From Dictyostelium discoideum (lineage: Eukaryota), in NCBI GenBank assembly GCA_000004695.1, contig CM000152.2:2624001-2688000 (forward strand): a stretch of 64,000 nucleotides of DNA, in the 5' to 3' direction. This document shows positions 10,954-27,014 of the stretch, in pieces. How positions within the stretch are numbered: the first letter of the stretch is position 1; each line of letters opens with the position of its first letter. Under the pieces are notes generated by a model. It had not been told where the DNA came from. It did not search any database and saw only the letters and a program-made list of their open reading frames with translations. Position numbers and translations under genes: made by a program.

Positions 10954-13808
10954 TGCTTAAGAAAATAGACTTCCTACTTAACGATTATTCAAGGGAGTTG
11001 TCATCCAACCATAACTCTATTTCCTTCTCTCAACTCAACAGCTTACTGAACAAAATAAAACAACTATACACAGAATTTCAAAAACAAAACGACTACAACA
11101 ATAAGGCAAACATCAAAAATCTAATCTCCCTACTAGAGACAGAATTTAAAGACCAAGCCTTCGCAACCCTTTCAGCAATAAATGAATCTAAAAGAAGAGA
11201 AGAACAACTTAAACAAGAATTGAACAACTATTGCGAAGAAACCTCACTCAAGTACATCTCCGCGAGAATCAAGAAAAGACATAATGATTTCACCATCAAC
11301 GCAGTAAAAGATGCACAAGGTAGAACAATTAACAAACAGGAATTGATCGAAGAAGAATACGTAAAATATTACTCAAATCTTTATGACTACAAAGAAGATG
11401 ACCCACCATCTCATTATGAAATGTTGGAAAATTGGACAGTGACCAGGGACTCAACATGGGACAACCTTGAAAACGAATTCACATCACAAGAGATCCTAGA
11501 AGTAATAAAACAATTGAACCCACACAAATCTCCAGGCCCAGATGGAATTCCAAACTTATTCTACATAACACACAAAGAAAAACTAGCTCCAATACTGGCC
11601 TCAGCATTCAACGACACTCTAAGAAATCCTCATCTAATTAGCAAAAATTACAAAGAAGGCCTCATTATCACGATACCTAAAAAGGGAGACCCCGAACTAA
11701 TCAAAAACAGAAGACCAATTACACTGGCCAACTGTATATATAAAATCCACTCAAAACTAATAAACAATAGAATAATCCCAATACTAACGAAAGTGATCAA
11801 CCACAATCAAAAAGGTTTCGTACCAGGCAGATTCATTCTAGATAATATCATATCAATGAACGAATTAATCAACTATTGTAATGATAAAAGAATAAACGGA
11901 ATAATTACACTATATGATTTCGAAAAAGCTTTTGACTCGATCTCACACGGTTCAATACTCAGATCACTACAACACATCAACATTCCAACCAATATAATCA
12001 ACCTGATAATGAATCTACTCACCAAATCTGAAGCAAGAATTGAAATTAATGGTAGAACTACTATACCCTTTGAGATCAAAAGAGGAGTTAAACAAGGAGA
12101 TCCACTATCACCCACCCTGTTCGTCCTTGTAATAGAGGCTTTAGCTAGAAAAATTTTACAAGATGACCGAATTACTGGCCTTCCTCTAAACAACAGCAAC
12201 CACAGAGAGAAATTCCAAAGCTTTGCAGACGACTCGGCTTCAATGGTCCCAGACTCTCAACAACTTGAATTAGTACTACAACACTTCAATTCATTTTGCA
12301 AAGCCACTTCCTCAAAACTAAACATCGACAAATCTTCATCAATTCTTATAGGCAACCCAGACAATACCAACCAAAGAATTCCAATATCTACAAATCCAGA
12401 AAGATACTTGGGATACTTCTTCACAGGCAAAGGGATAACAAGAAAAATGCCAGAAATATTAAACACAATAAGATCATCCTTAGTACTATGGAAAACCACT
12501 GACTCAACAATCAAAACCAAAACCAACATCCTCAAAGCATTCGCACTCTCTAAATTAACCTACTATTCATATGTAGAGAACTTTAAGGAAGAGGAATTAA
12601 ACCAAATCAATAAATTAGTCGAATGGTTTTTATCGGCACCAAACAACAAAAATGCTAGTGGATTTCAAGTTATTAATTTAATGAGAACCAAAAGAGCAAG
12701 ATACCCACTAAAAGTAGGAGGCTGGAACATTTGGAATATAGAATTGAGACAACTGGCGCAGAAACTTTGGATCATAAACCAGTTCATCCTAGCACTAGAA
12801 ACCAAACAAACAAACTCATCTCATCACAAAAGCTGGGAATATCAGATCCAAAAAAACAAATTCACATCCAGATACCTAAAAGAAAACTTAGACGAATGGA
12901 ACAAAATAAGAATAAAAAAAGCAATCTTCAACAATAATCTCACATCCATAAAAAACGAAAATGGACAACCACTTTCACTGGCAGAATGGTATACCACAAT
13001 TCAAGACCAAAATCCAACCATCCCTAAAACGGAATTCCAATCATCTCTAAACTTAAGAGGCTACAGCTATAATCAACTCTTCAACAATATACTGAAGATA
13101 AAAGACCCTAAAACAAGAGACACAATGTTTAGATTCCATGCCAGATGCCTTCCAATAAACTACCTTCACAACAAACAATGCCCACTCTGCAAAGAAGATA
13201 TGAGCAAAGACCCATACGGTCACCTGTTCTTCTCATGCAAGAAAACAAAACAATTCATAAAAATAAATAAACTCAAAAATTTCATCTTTATTACCACAGG
13301 CAAAGGTAAAAACTGGCACCATACAAGAATTAGGCAAAATAACAATTTCATTAATAGAATAACTCCAAAATTATCACCGACAGCCAAAAAAGATCAAGAA
13401 GTGAATGCAGATTACGCCAACCACAGATTCCACAAAGAATACTTTGAATGGAACTATAAAGCAATAGACTATGATCTAACCAGATCATTCGCATATAGAA
13501 ACCTAATGGCCCTTATCCTCCACAACATTTGGATTTGGATTTGCAATCAAATATACAGTGAAGATCCTTTAACAGATGAATCACTATCATACAGCTCCCT
13601 TCTAAAGAAATGGCACAAATTGGCCACTCTAGAATACATCAAAAAAGCAAAAGATCTGAAAAACTTATCAGCAAAAGACCATAATAACTTCAAAGATCCT
13701 AAGATCCTTCTCACTTCAACGATCAAGCTAAGAAAAACAACAGCTAATTACTATTGTATTCCAGAATCATCTCTCCCAAATATTATATCTTTTGATCAAT
13801 TCATATGA
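10917..13808 (+). CDS. TRE3 ORF2 reverse-transcriptase part (-1 frame relative to EN ORF)
   Basis: RT motifs PKKGDPE…RPITL, YDFEKAFDSISH, FADDSA; C-terminal Cys/His region. Confidence 0.75.
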   Translation: MEIKKSSILSSIMLKKIDFLLNDYSRELSSNHNSISFSQLNSLLNKIKQLYTEFQKQNDYNNKANIKNLISLLETEFKDQAFATLSAINESKRREEQLKQELNNYCEETSLKYISARIKKRHNDFTINAVKDAQGRTINKQELIEEEYVKYYSNLYDYKEDDPPSHYEMLENWTVTRDSTWDNLENEFTSQEILEVIKQLNPHKSPGPDGIPNLFYITHKEKLAPILASAFNDTLRNPHLISKNYKEGLIITIPKKGDPELIKNRRPITLANCIYKIHSKLINNRIIPILTKVINHNQKGFVPGRFILDNIISMNELINYCNDKRINGIITLYDFEKAFDSISHGSILRSLQHINIPTNIINLIMNLLTKSEARIEINGRTTIPFEIKRGVKQGDPLSPTLFVLVIEALARKILQDDRITGLPLNNSNHREKFQSFADDSASMVPDSQQLELVLQHFNSFCKATSSKLNIDKSSSILIGNPDNTNQRIPISTNPERYLGYFFTGKGITRKMPEILNTIRSSLVLWKTTDSTIKTKTNILKAFALSKLTYYSYVENFKEEELNQINKLVEWFLSAPNNKNASGFQVINLMRTKRARYPLKVGGWNIWNIELRQLAQKLWIINQFILALETKQTNSSHHKSWEYQIQKNKFTSRYLKENLDEWNKIRIKKAIFNNNLTSIKNENGQPLSLAEWYTTIQDQNPTIPKTEFQSSLNLRGYSYNQLFNNILKIKDPKTRDTMFRFHARCLPINYLHNKQCPLCKEDMSKDPYGHLFFSCKKTKQFIKINKLKNFIFITTGKGKNWHHTRIRQNNNFINRITPKLSPTAKKDQEVNADYANHRFHKEYFEWNYKAIDYDLTRSFAYRNLMALILHNIWIWICNQIYSEDPLTDESLSYSSLLKKWHKLATLEYIKKAKDLKNLSAKDHNNFKDPKILLTSTIKLRKTTANYYCIPESSLPNIISFDQFI

Positions 13809-13935
13809 TTAAAATAACCCTTCAGCTTAAATGATAAGCCTTTAAATAAATATTAAATAAAACTCGTATTAACACAGATGGACATATATCAATCTTGTTA
13901 ATCCAATATTAAAAAAAAAAAAAAAAAAAAAAAAA

Positions 13936-13955
13936 GTAAAATTATTATAAAAAAA
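13936..13955. repeat. Right target-site duplication of TRE3 element
   Basis: gtaaaattattataaaaaaa identical to 8667-8686. Confidence 0.7.
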
Positions 13956-14119
13956 TTGGAATTTCGGTAATAAAAAAAAAATAATAAAAAATAAAAATAA
14001 AATTAAAAAAAAAAATTTCGTTTTTTCAGTTGAAAATTAATTTCCCATTATTTTATTTTAATTTAGAAAACAAAATAAAAAAAGAAACTAAAATATAATT
14101 TTAAAGAGTTTTAAAGGAA

Positions 14120-15986
14120 ATGAGCGCAGCACCACCACCATCAATTTACACCGAATCATTTAGTACGAGTAGTAACAATACAACCGAATCAGAATCGATT
14201 AATGTTGAAGAAACTAGAGAGAATATATTATCAGGATTTTCATTTGAAGAGTATTTTCAAGTTTCAGAATCAATTTCAGTTATAATAAAAAATAATTTTA
14301 AAAAGATTGCTTTACAATTACCAGATTATCTATTATGGGCATCTTCAGAATTATCAAATAAAATTCAAAATAGTGTACCTTTAGAATATGGTATTAAAGT
14401 TTTCATTTTAGGTGATACTTCATATGGTTCATGTTGTGTTGATGAAGTAACTTCTTCACATTTAAAATCGGATTTTATAATTCATTATGGTCATTCTTGT
14501 TTATCACCGTAAGTATACTGAATTTTATGATAATATTATAAAAAACAAAAAAAAAAAAAAATAAAACAACAACAACAATATATTAATATAAAAATTGATA
14601 ATTTTTAGATCATCTAAAATACCAGTGCAATATGTATTTGGTAAAAAAAAAAATTTCAACGTTGATAAATTTTCAATAGAATTAAATAAATTGGTAGAAT
14701 CAAAAAAAGAAGAAAACTTTGTAATTTTTTATGATTTATTATATCATCATAATAGAGATTCAATTGAAAATCTTTATAAAAACAATGATAATATTATAGT
14801 TACAAATATAAATAATTTTAATAATATTTATTTAAATAATTCATTTAAAAATAATAAATTAAATGAAACTCAAAATTGTAATAATAATTATAATAATGAT
14901 TGTTGTGGTAGTGATAATAATAATAATAATAATGATAGTGGTTGTTGTGGAGGTAATAATAATAATAATAATAATAACAGTGGTTGTTGCCAATCACAAT
15001 CACAACAACAACAACAACAAAATGATTGTTGTCAACAAAAATTAAATAATGAAATTAATAATGAAAATGATAATAATAATGAAGAATTAATTTCAGGTAG
15101 GAAAATTGAATTTAAAAATGAAAAAGATATTAAAAAATTTAATTTTATATGGATTGGTGAAGAATCATTAACTTTAACCAATTTATTAATGAATTTTAAT
15201 CAACAAATGGTTTATAGATATTATATTGATGATAATAAATTACTTCAAGAAACATTACCAAGAAATAAAAGTTTAATGAGAAGATATCATATTTCCGAGA
15301 AATGTAAAGATGCATCAATCATTGGTATTGTGGTATCAACATTATCAGTTCAAAAGTATTCAGAAACAATCGATGGTTTAAAGAAATTAATTATAGCCAG
15401 TGGTAAGAAACCATACGTTTTCGTTGTTGGTAGATTAAATGTACCAAAATTAGCAAATTTCTCAGAGATTGATATCTATGTAATCGTTGCTTGTCACGAG
15501 AATACAATGGTTGATTCAAAAGATTTCTATAAACCAATTGCAACACCATTCGAATTAAATCTTTCACTAAGAAATGAAAAATGGACAGGTGAATATATAA
15601 CTGATTTTGGTAGAGTTTTCCCAAAATTAATTAAAGATTTATCTTTTGATGAAGATGATGAAAATAAATGTGAAATACCAGAAGATCAAGTTGAAGATGA
15701 TCAAGGTAATATTCATCATTTCTCATTAGTAACTGGTAGAATTGTTATTCAAAATAAAAATCAATCAACACTTCAACAACAACAACAACAACAACAAACT
15801 CAACAATCAGGTGATTTAATATCAGTTAATAATCAATTTAAACAGGTTTCATTAGTTGGTGAACATTTATCAAATAAAACTTATAAAGGTTTAGATATGA
15901 GAATTGGTGAAACACCTGTAACCACTGCAATAGAAGGAATGTCTGGTATACCAAAGAATTATAATACTGATAAAAATAATTTATAA
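14120..15986 (+). CDS. dph2: Diphthamide biosynthesis protein 2 (2-(3-amino-3-carboxypropyl)histidine synthase subunit 2); exons 14120..14508, 14609..15986
   Basis: [35 protein letters not shown] signature of Dph1/Dph2 family; GTAAGT donor 14509, acceptor tttttAG 14608, phase 2 junction consistent; long N/Q insert typical of Dictyostelium. Confidence 0.8.
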
Positions 15987-16020
15987 ATAAATAATTTAAA
16001 TTTTAATTAAAAATATATAT

Positions 16021-16081
<61 letters not shown>

Positions 16082-16158
16082 TGTTTAAAAATAAATTATT
16101 TATTTATTAATTTTTTTTTTTTTTTTTATTTTTTTTTTTATACACTTTTTTATTTTAT

Positions 16159-16457
16159 TTATTTTAATTGGTCGAATTTTTCAGCACATTTCTTTAAAGA
16201 ATCACCAACTAAACGATATTGTAACCATTCATTTAAAGGTTCAGCACCTAATGATTCATAAAAATCGATTGATGGTTTATTCCATTTGAGTACTTGCCAT
16301 TCCATACGACCATAACCTTTTTCATAACAAAGTTTACTTAAATATAATAACATCTTTTTACCATATCCTCTTCCACGATATTCTGGTTGAACATAAATAT
16401 CTTCAAGATAAATACCAGGTTTACATAAAAATGTACTTTTAAATTTGAATAATGATT

Positions 16458-16493
<36 letters not shown>

Positions 16494-16790
16494 TTAACGA
16501 ACATATTTAATCAAAATAATAATAATGAAAAATAATTACCTATAATTTCTAAAATGTAAAGAATATGCAATAATTTTACCAGTTGATTTTATTTTACCAC
16601 AATTGATAAAAATAACTGGGTCTTCACCAAATGCCCATTTTTCCATATCTTTGACGTCACCAACTACCATATGTTTTAATTTTTCATATTCTGCTAACTC
16701 TACAATTAAATCGTAAACTTTTTGCATATCATCTCTAGTAGCAGGTATAATTTCAAAATCGTCTTGAATTGGTTCCATTTCTTTTTGCAT
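16159..16790 (-). CDS. Diamine (spermidine/spermine) N1-acetyltransferase-like GNAT protein; exons 16540..16790, 16159..16435
   Basis: IIPATRDDMQKVYDLIVELAEYEKL…PGIYLEDIYVQPEYRGRGYGKKML…VLKWNKPSIDFYESLGA aligns with SSAT; donor GTAATT 16539, acceptor aaaAG 16436, phase 2. Confidence 0.75.
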
Positions 16791-17048
16791 TCGTTTTTTA
16801 ATCTGTTGAAAATGTCAAAAATTAAAAATAAAAAAAAAAAAACGAGAATGAATCTTGTTCCAAAAAATTAAAAATAAATTAAAAAAAAAATAAATTAAAA
16901 AAAAAAAAAAAAAAAAAAAATATCTATTAAAAAAAACTAAAAATTATTCTTTTAAAAATACTTTATTTTATTCCATTTAATTAATTTTTATTGTTTTGGA
17001 TATTTGTTCGAATAATTAATTGGTTGGACTATATATTTGAGTTTATTG

Positions 17049-17322
17049 TTATGGATATTGACTTGCATAATTAACTGGCTGAACAATAAACGTTTGCTCA
17101 TGACAATGTTCATTATATTCACAAACCATTTCATTTAAAAAAAATAAATCAACAAACCATCCAATTGTAAAAAGACCTTTTTAAATGTTTTTTTTTTTTT
17201 TAAACAAAGGTTAATAATTAAATTATTTATTTAATTATTTAATTATTTATTCATTTTATTTATTTAGTAATTTTTTTTATTAAATCAATTATTTCATAAT
17301 TTTAAAGTTTTTTTAATAATTT

Positions 17323-17355
<33 letters not shown>

Positions 17356-17447
17356 TTCATATACTTTTTAAAAACTCACCTCCTGTAAAAAAATATAACA
17401 AACCAGACAATGGCATACCAAGGTAAAATCTATGTGCTCCAAATATT
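17049..17447 (-). CDS. TM2-domain membrane protein, 3' two exons (17380..17447, 17049..17176); 5' exon(s) not resolved
   Basis: …IFGAHRFYLGMPLSGLLYFFTGG|LFTIGWFVDLFFLNEMVCEY… (GxHRFYLG TM2 motif); donor GTGAGT 17379, acceptors tatttAG 17448 and aaaAG 17177. Confidence 0.5.
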
Positions 17448-17845
17448 CTAAATAAGAATGTTAATAATTTTATTTCAAAGTTTTAAAAATTTAATAAAAA
17501 AATAAATACCCTAAAAAAAACCATAGCAGAAATGTCACGGTAAATGATGCATGATGTGTGTAACACATTTTTATATGTATATAATATTTAATGAATATAA
17601 ATTATTAAAAAAAAACAAAGAAAAAATAAATTAAAAAAAAAAAAAATAGATAAAAAAAAAGAAAAATATTAAAAACAAAAAAAAAACAATATTAAAAACT
17701 ATAAAATTAAAAAATTTTAAACAAAACAAAAAAGGAAAAAAGCACAACAGATTAACTTGAATGTTTGAGTTTTTTTTTTTAAAACTAAACATTAACCAAA
17801 TGAAACAACTTTTTTTTTTTTTAATCTATAAATATATTTTTTTTT

Positions 17846-21863
<4,018 letters not shown>

Positions 21864-21963
21864 NNNNNNNNNNNNNNNNNNNNNNNNNNNNNNNNNNNNN
21901 NNNNNNNNNNNNNNNNNNNNNNNNNNNNNNNNNNNNNNNNNNNNNNNNNNNNNNNNNNNNNNN
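21864..21963. other. Assembly gap (100 N)
   Basis: Run of N. Confidence 1.
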
Positions 21964-22040
21964 AATTACCTTATTAATTTCAGCAGCCATATTAATTTCA
22001 GCATGTACATAGCTGCCAAAATTAATATGGTAATTTTGGC
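21964..22040. repeat. Palindromic repeat family 2 unit (…aattaccttattaatttcagcagccatattaatttcagc…), abutting gap
   Basis: Matches inverted units at 23683-23860 and 24497-24640. Confidence 0.6.
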
Positions 22041-22396
22041 ATAGAAAAAAAAAAAGTCAAAGTCATTTAATTAATAATCATCTCAAATATAAACAAAATT
22101 TTAGTACTAAAATTAATATTATTATTATTTTTATTTTAATAATTATAATAATAAAAAAAAAAAAAAAAATTTTCATATTATTTTATTTATATCTTTTATT
22201 TATTTTTATCTTTTTATTTTTATTATTAATTTTATAATTTATTTTCATTTCTTTTTTTTTTAGTTGATATATATTTTTTTATTATTCATTTATTTCTAAG
22301 GCTAACAAAAAAAAAAAATTAAAAATAAAAAAAAAAAATAAAATAAAAAAAAAAAAAAAAAAATTAAAATAATTTTTTTTTTTTAATTTTTTTTTT

Positions 22397-23152
22397 TTAA
22401 TTATCTACTCTTCTACTTACTCTTTTGTTACTAACAGATGAAGTTTCGTTTGAAAATCTTTTGGTGAAAAAATCAGCATCAGATTGTAATTGATTAGCTC
22501 TTTTTTTACCCGTTTTGTTTTTGTTTGATTGAGTTGTGATTCCACCATTATTGGAAGTTGTTGCAGCTTCATGTGTTGATCTAACTTCGGTGGTAGAGTG
22601 CTCGATTGCTTTTCCAACTAGGTCATCTGTTGATTTTCTTTTGGTTATTTCGATATCCCTTTGCAATTTATTTTTACTTGAGAGTTTGGTGGCCTCTATT
22701 CTAGAAGTAGGCTCAGTATTGTAATAAGCCTTTATAATAGCAGAATGATTATCTGCTTTATAATGATTACTGATGTGCTGTTGACACTGGTTTTGATTAA
22801 TCATATGAGAGACACCATCTTCATCTTTGTTAAGCCTAACCTTCTCTATAATCTTCACTAAGTCTTTTGGGTACCAATTTTTTCTTTTTATCTTTATCAA
22901 TATAAAACACTTCTTTAATAGTTGCCGTACCATATTCTACATTCTCAACAACATACTGTTTATCCAAAATGTTTTTCCAATAGCTTATATTTTGTCCACT
23001 CAATTTGGTATTATGAAATTTATAATCTATTTTAAATTTTACATCTTCGTCATATTTTTCCAAGAGTTTTTTTAATTTATTTTTATTATTTTTTCAATTT
23101 CTGTTGCAGAAAGTTGATTATTTAATTTATTGTCTTTACTGAAGACCATTTT
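22397..23152 (-). pseudogene. Hypothetical K/N-rich protein gene interrupted by frameshifts/stop in A-runs (three overlapping ORF pieces)
   Basis: ORFs 23152→23075, 23063→22836 and 22933→22397 are collinear but in different frames; frame switches fall at homopolymer A tracts. Confidence 0.4.
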
Positions 23153-23682
23153 TTGGAACGAAAACTTTAAAAAAATAAAAAAATAAAAAAAAAAATACTT
23201 TTTTTTTTTAATTTTTTATTTTTATATTTTTTTTTTTATATTTTTTTTTTTTAAATTTTTTTTTTTAATTTTTTTTTTTTATTTTATTTTTTTTAAGTTT
23301 CGAACAATTATATATAAAAAAAAAGTAAAAGATATCCCTTCGGTTAATTAAATAATAATAATAATAATAATAATAATATAATAATAATAATAATAATAAT
23401 ACTTATTTCGAAATGTTTAAACAATCATACAGTTTAAAATTAAATAAATTGTTTTAAACCACCACTTTTTTTGAACACATGAAAATAAATAAGATATAAA
23501 AATAATAAGATAAAAAAAGATTTTTTTTTTTTTTTTTTTTTTATTTTATAATTATTCTTGTCGTCAGTATTGTTACTATAATTAATCCCATGAGTTTTTT
23601 TTATTATTATTTTTAATTCTTTTATATTTGAGATGATTATTATTAATTAAATGACTTTGAGTTTTTTTTTTTATATTTCTAT

Positions 23683-23860
23683 GCCCAAAATTACCATATT
23701 AATTTCAGCAGCCATATTAATTTCAGCCTAAAATAGTTGGTCTGTGCATGCCAAAATTAATATGGCTGCTGAAATTAATATGGTAATTCTAGCAGACATA
23801 AGTCCCATGCCAAAATTACCATATTAATTCCAGCAGCCATATTAATTTTGGCATGGGACA
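23683..23860. repeat. Palindromic repeat family 2, complete composite copy (three alternating inverted units)
   Basis: gcccaaaattaccatattaatttcagcagccatattaatttcagc … reverse-complement unit … direct unit. Confidence 0.65.
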
Positions 23861-24227
23861 TGCAACATAAAATTTTTATTGCCATTGATTAATTTTTTAG
23901 GTTTTTTTATTTTGTTTTTTTTTTAATTTTTTAAGTAGAAGTATTTTTAAAAAATTAATAAAAAACGAAGGTTAAATAAATAAAAATTAGAGCCAGTTTT
24001 CCCTCAAAATAAAAAAGGCTATTTTCAATACGTCCTGGTGAAAAATTTCACAACAACCTCATACTGTTTATGTATTGCACATTATCATATTTATTTTTAT
24101 TATTCATTGTGTGTCTCAAGACCTTATAAAATTGACAGATATCTCTTTTTGAAAAATCTATTTTTATTTATAATTTTTTTTTTTTTTTTTTATTTACTCT
24201 AATAATTTTTTATAAATTTCCTTGATA

Positions 24228-24500
24228 CTATTTTTCCTCGATAATCTTAAAACAATTCCAAGGATATACACATGGGCTATTGTTGAATTGTTGTTTACAA
24301 GAAGGTGATTTATAAATTTGGATATTACTTGTTATTGGAATTCCTTCGGTTTGTATATCGTCAACATATATAACACTAACACTTGGTGGTATTTCATATA
24401 TTTTTTGATCGAATCCATCCAATAAAAAAAGTGAGGAAACACCTGGTGGTATTGAACCACCCGATAATGGTTTTTTAATAGCTCCAACATATAATGTTTG
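24228..24500 (-). pseudogene. FNIP-repeat exon fragment (B-box/FNIP family, divergent subtype like 48370..48830), 5' part replaced by palindromic repeat
   Basis: …LYVGAIKKPLSGGSIPPGVSSLFLLDGFDQKIYEIPPSVSVIYVDDIQ…YKSPSCKQQFN…; no B-box exons upstream. Confidence 0.6.
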
Positions 24501-24640
24501 CCCCATGCCAAAATTAATATGGTAATTTTTAGGAGCCATATTAATTTCAGCATGCATATACAACCTGTTTTTAGGCTGAAATTAATATGGTAATTTTAGC
24601 CTGCTGGAATTAATATGTTGAAATTGGCATGGAACATATA
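24497..24640. repeat. Palindromic repeat family 2 copy inserted into FNIP exon fragment
   Basis: catgccaaaattaatatggtaatttttaggagccatattaatttcagcatg… with inverted partner. Confidence 0.6.
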
Positions 24641-24954
24641 CTACATGTAATTTCTCACATTTTTAGAAAAGACATTAAAAAAATTTATAACAAACTGCCA
24701 TTAAAAAAAATTTAATATTAATTAAAAATTGATAAAATCTAATATTATTTATTATTGAATAATTAATTTGTTATTAATAAATAAAAAAAATAAAAAAATT
24801 TATTTATTTTTGCCTAATAAAAAGTATAATTTCTTGTAAAATAGTAAAATTTCTAACTTTTTTTCCCGTGGGTGTATATTGTCTCTTGTGAAAAAAATAA
24901 AATAAAATAAAAAATGATAAACTGGATTTATTTAATACTTTTTTATGAGTCCAC

Positions 24955-26296
24955 TTAAAATTCAATTTTAGGCTCCCAATTACCACCATCCCAATTTCTC
25001 ACATTTGAGTGAGTGAGTTGTTGTTTATATTTTGGGCTTCTGTGAATAAGGATTTTGGAATATGGGAAATTTGTTAAAGGAGTATCAAAAAGGAATAACT
25101 CTTTAACTGATTGTGGTATTTCAGTTATTTCTTGATTAAATCCATCTAATAATGACAAAGCAATAACACCATTTGGTATTGAACTTTTTAACAATGGTTT
25201 TTTAATTGCACCAACAAATAGAAATCTAATTGATTGTGGTAGCATGCCTTCTGTCAGTTGAACATTGAATCCATCAAGTAATAGTAAATTTTGAACCGAT
25301 GTTGGAATTGAACCTATTTTAATTGTTTTAACACTTGGTCCAATCGCTACATGAATAGTACCATTTGGAATGATAGAATCATTTTTATAAATAAAATATT
25401 CAGCTGTAAATCTTCCAGCTTTATATAAATAATAATTAAATATTAATAACCCTGTTAAAACAATACTATAGTGTTTTTTAATGATATTTACAAATAACTC
25501 TTTTTGGATCCTTTACATTTGTAATAGAGAGAGAATTGCTAATTTCAAATATTTCTTTAATTGAATTTTTAACTTGTTCGCTATTATTTACAATATTTAC
25601 ATTTTTATATTGATTTATTAATTCTTTGATTTTATTTTCATTTTGATTATCTTTTATTAATAGTTGTGATTGAGAACAATGTTTTAATATTTCAATATGT
25701 TGATCGTTATTATTATTAATGATTTTATCAATATTTATATGATTTATTGTATTTTTATATTTATTTGTAATTAAATTAATATTATTTAAATTATCATGTA
25801 TTGTGGTTGAAATGTTTGTATTGATATCTTTATTTTCATCATAGAGTGTTACTAATTGTTTGATTTTATCAATTTCAATGATTGGTAATAATTTGGAGAG
25901 TTCTTTAAATACTTCTGTGATTGTATTTACATTTTCAGTGTGTTTATCTTCTATTGATTTAAATAAGTTATTTGATTTATTTAATAATTCATTATTGATA
26001 TCAATTTGTTTATCTAAATTTTGAATATGATTATTTTTAAATTCTTCAAAGATTTTTTTTGAATTCTCCACATCTATACGATCAAGTTTATGACCATTAT
26101 GATCTGAAAGAATACATTCAATACATACTACTACCTATTTTATTTATGATAATCATAAAAAATGAGTAAGAATTACCTTTTATTTAAAAGGGTGGAGATA
26201 TGTTACGATATTTACCTTACATGTTGCACATATTATTTTGATTTTGTGCTCTTTATGTATTGCACATTTTCTATCGTATTTATTTTTATTATCCAT
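24955..26296 (-). CDS. B-box zinc finger / coiled-coil / FNIP-repeat protein, array copy 2; exons 26216..26296, 25492..26134, 24955..25418
   Basis: MDNKNKYDRKCAIHKEHKIKIICATCK|VVVCIECILSDHNGHKLD… coiled-coil …KDPKRVI|S GRFTAEYFIYKNDSIIPNG…LLDGFNQEITEIPQSV…; donors GTAAAT, acceptors AG; all phases consistent. Confidence 0.75.
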
Positions 26297-26439
26297 TGTG
26301 TGAGAGAATTTTTTAGAAAGTTAAAAAAAAAAAAAAATTTTGAAAAAAAAAAAAAAAAAAAAAAAAATTCAACTAACCCAAGATGTTGTTATGAATTTAT
26401 TAAAATCCAGATATTTGTAATTAATAAAGAACAATAATA

Positions 26440-26800
26440 ACTACCTTATAAGTTGATCAAATCAATTAATATCATACTCTTTATGTGTTGCACATTTGTT
26501 ATCATATTTATTTAAATTATTCATTGTGTGCGTGTGTTTCAAGACCTTATAAAATTTGAAAAAAAAAAATAAAAAAATAAAAAATTAAAATAATTAAATT
26601 AATCTTTTTTTTTTATGTCGTTTATATTTTTATAATAAAATATTCATATCCTAAAACATAATTTAATATTAATAACCCCTATTAAAACAATCTAATATTA
26701 TTATAATTGTTTTAAAATAATATAGAATATTTACCAATAACTCTTTTTGGGTCTTTTACATTTGTAATAGAGGGAGAATCACTAATTTCAAATATTTCTT
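26440..26800 (-). pseudogene. Solo exon-1 fragment (26440-26540) and exon-2 3'-end fragment (26640-26800) of the B-box/FNIP family
   Basis: …ATGAATAATTTAAATAAATATGATAACAAATGTGCAACACATAAAGAG… and …SDSPSITNVKDPKRVIG|gtaaat… without remainder of gene. Confidence 0.5.
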
Positions 26801-27014
26801 TAAAAATATTTGATTTTATCAATTTTTTTTTTTATGGCAAGTTTCTTTTTTATCAGTTTGTTATAAATCCTATTAAATTATAATAAAATAGTAAAATTTC
26901 TAACTTTTTTTTTCCAGTGGGTGTATATTGTCTCTTGTGAAAAAAATAAAATAAAATAAAATAAAATAAAAAATGATAAACTGGATTTATTTAATGATGT
27001 TTTTATGAATTCAC

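Larger units (their letters stand above)
8688..13935 (+). mobile_element. TRE3-type (tRNA-gene-targeted, downstream-inserting) non-LTR retrotransposon, full length ~5.25 kb with poly(A) tail
   Basis: Located ~135 bp downstream of tRNA-Cys in same orientation; ORF1 + AP-endonuclease + reverse transcriptase ORFs; poly(A) 13910-13935; flanking 20-bp TSD. Confidence 0.8.

Noticed and set aside
9221-12535. Minus-strand ORFs within the TRE3 element (9221..9406, 9757..9963, 10095..10577, 10578..10796, 11873..12199, 12257..12535)
   Set aside because: They are short antisense frames of the retrotransposon ORFs with no independent signals.
4060-16080. (tatt)n / (attt)n tetranucleotide runs at 4060-4110, 16020-16080, 17330-17370 and long A/T homopolymers throughout
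   Set aside because: These are ordinary intergenic and intronic microsatellites of an AT-rich genome. No CRISPR-like spacing or unique spacers are present.
26162-26437. Plus ORFs 26162..26437 and 41642..41953 overlapping exon 1 of FNIP-family copies
   Set aside because: They are the opposite strand of the conserved exon-1, intron and promoter region. The translations are K/F homopolymer-rich.
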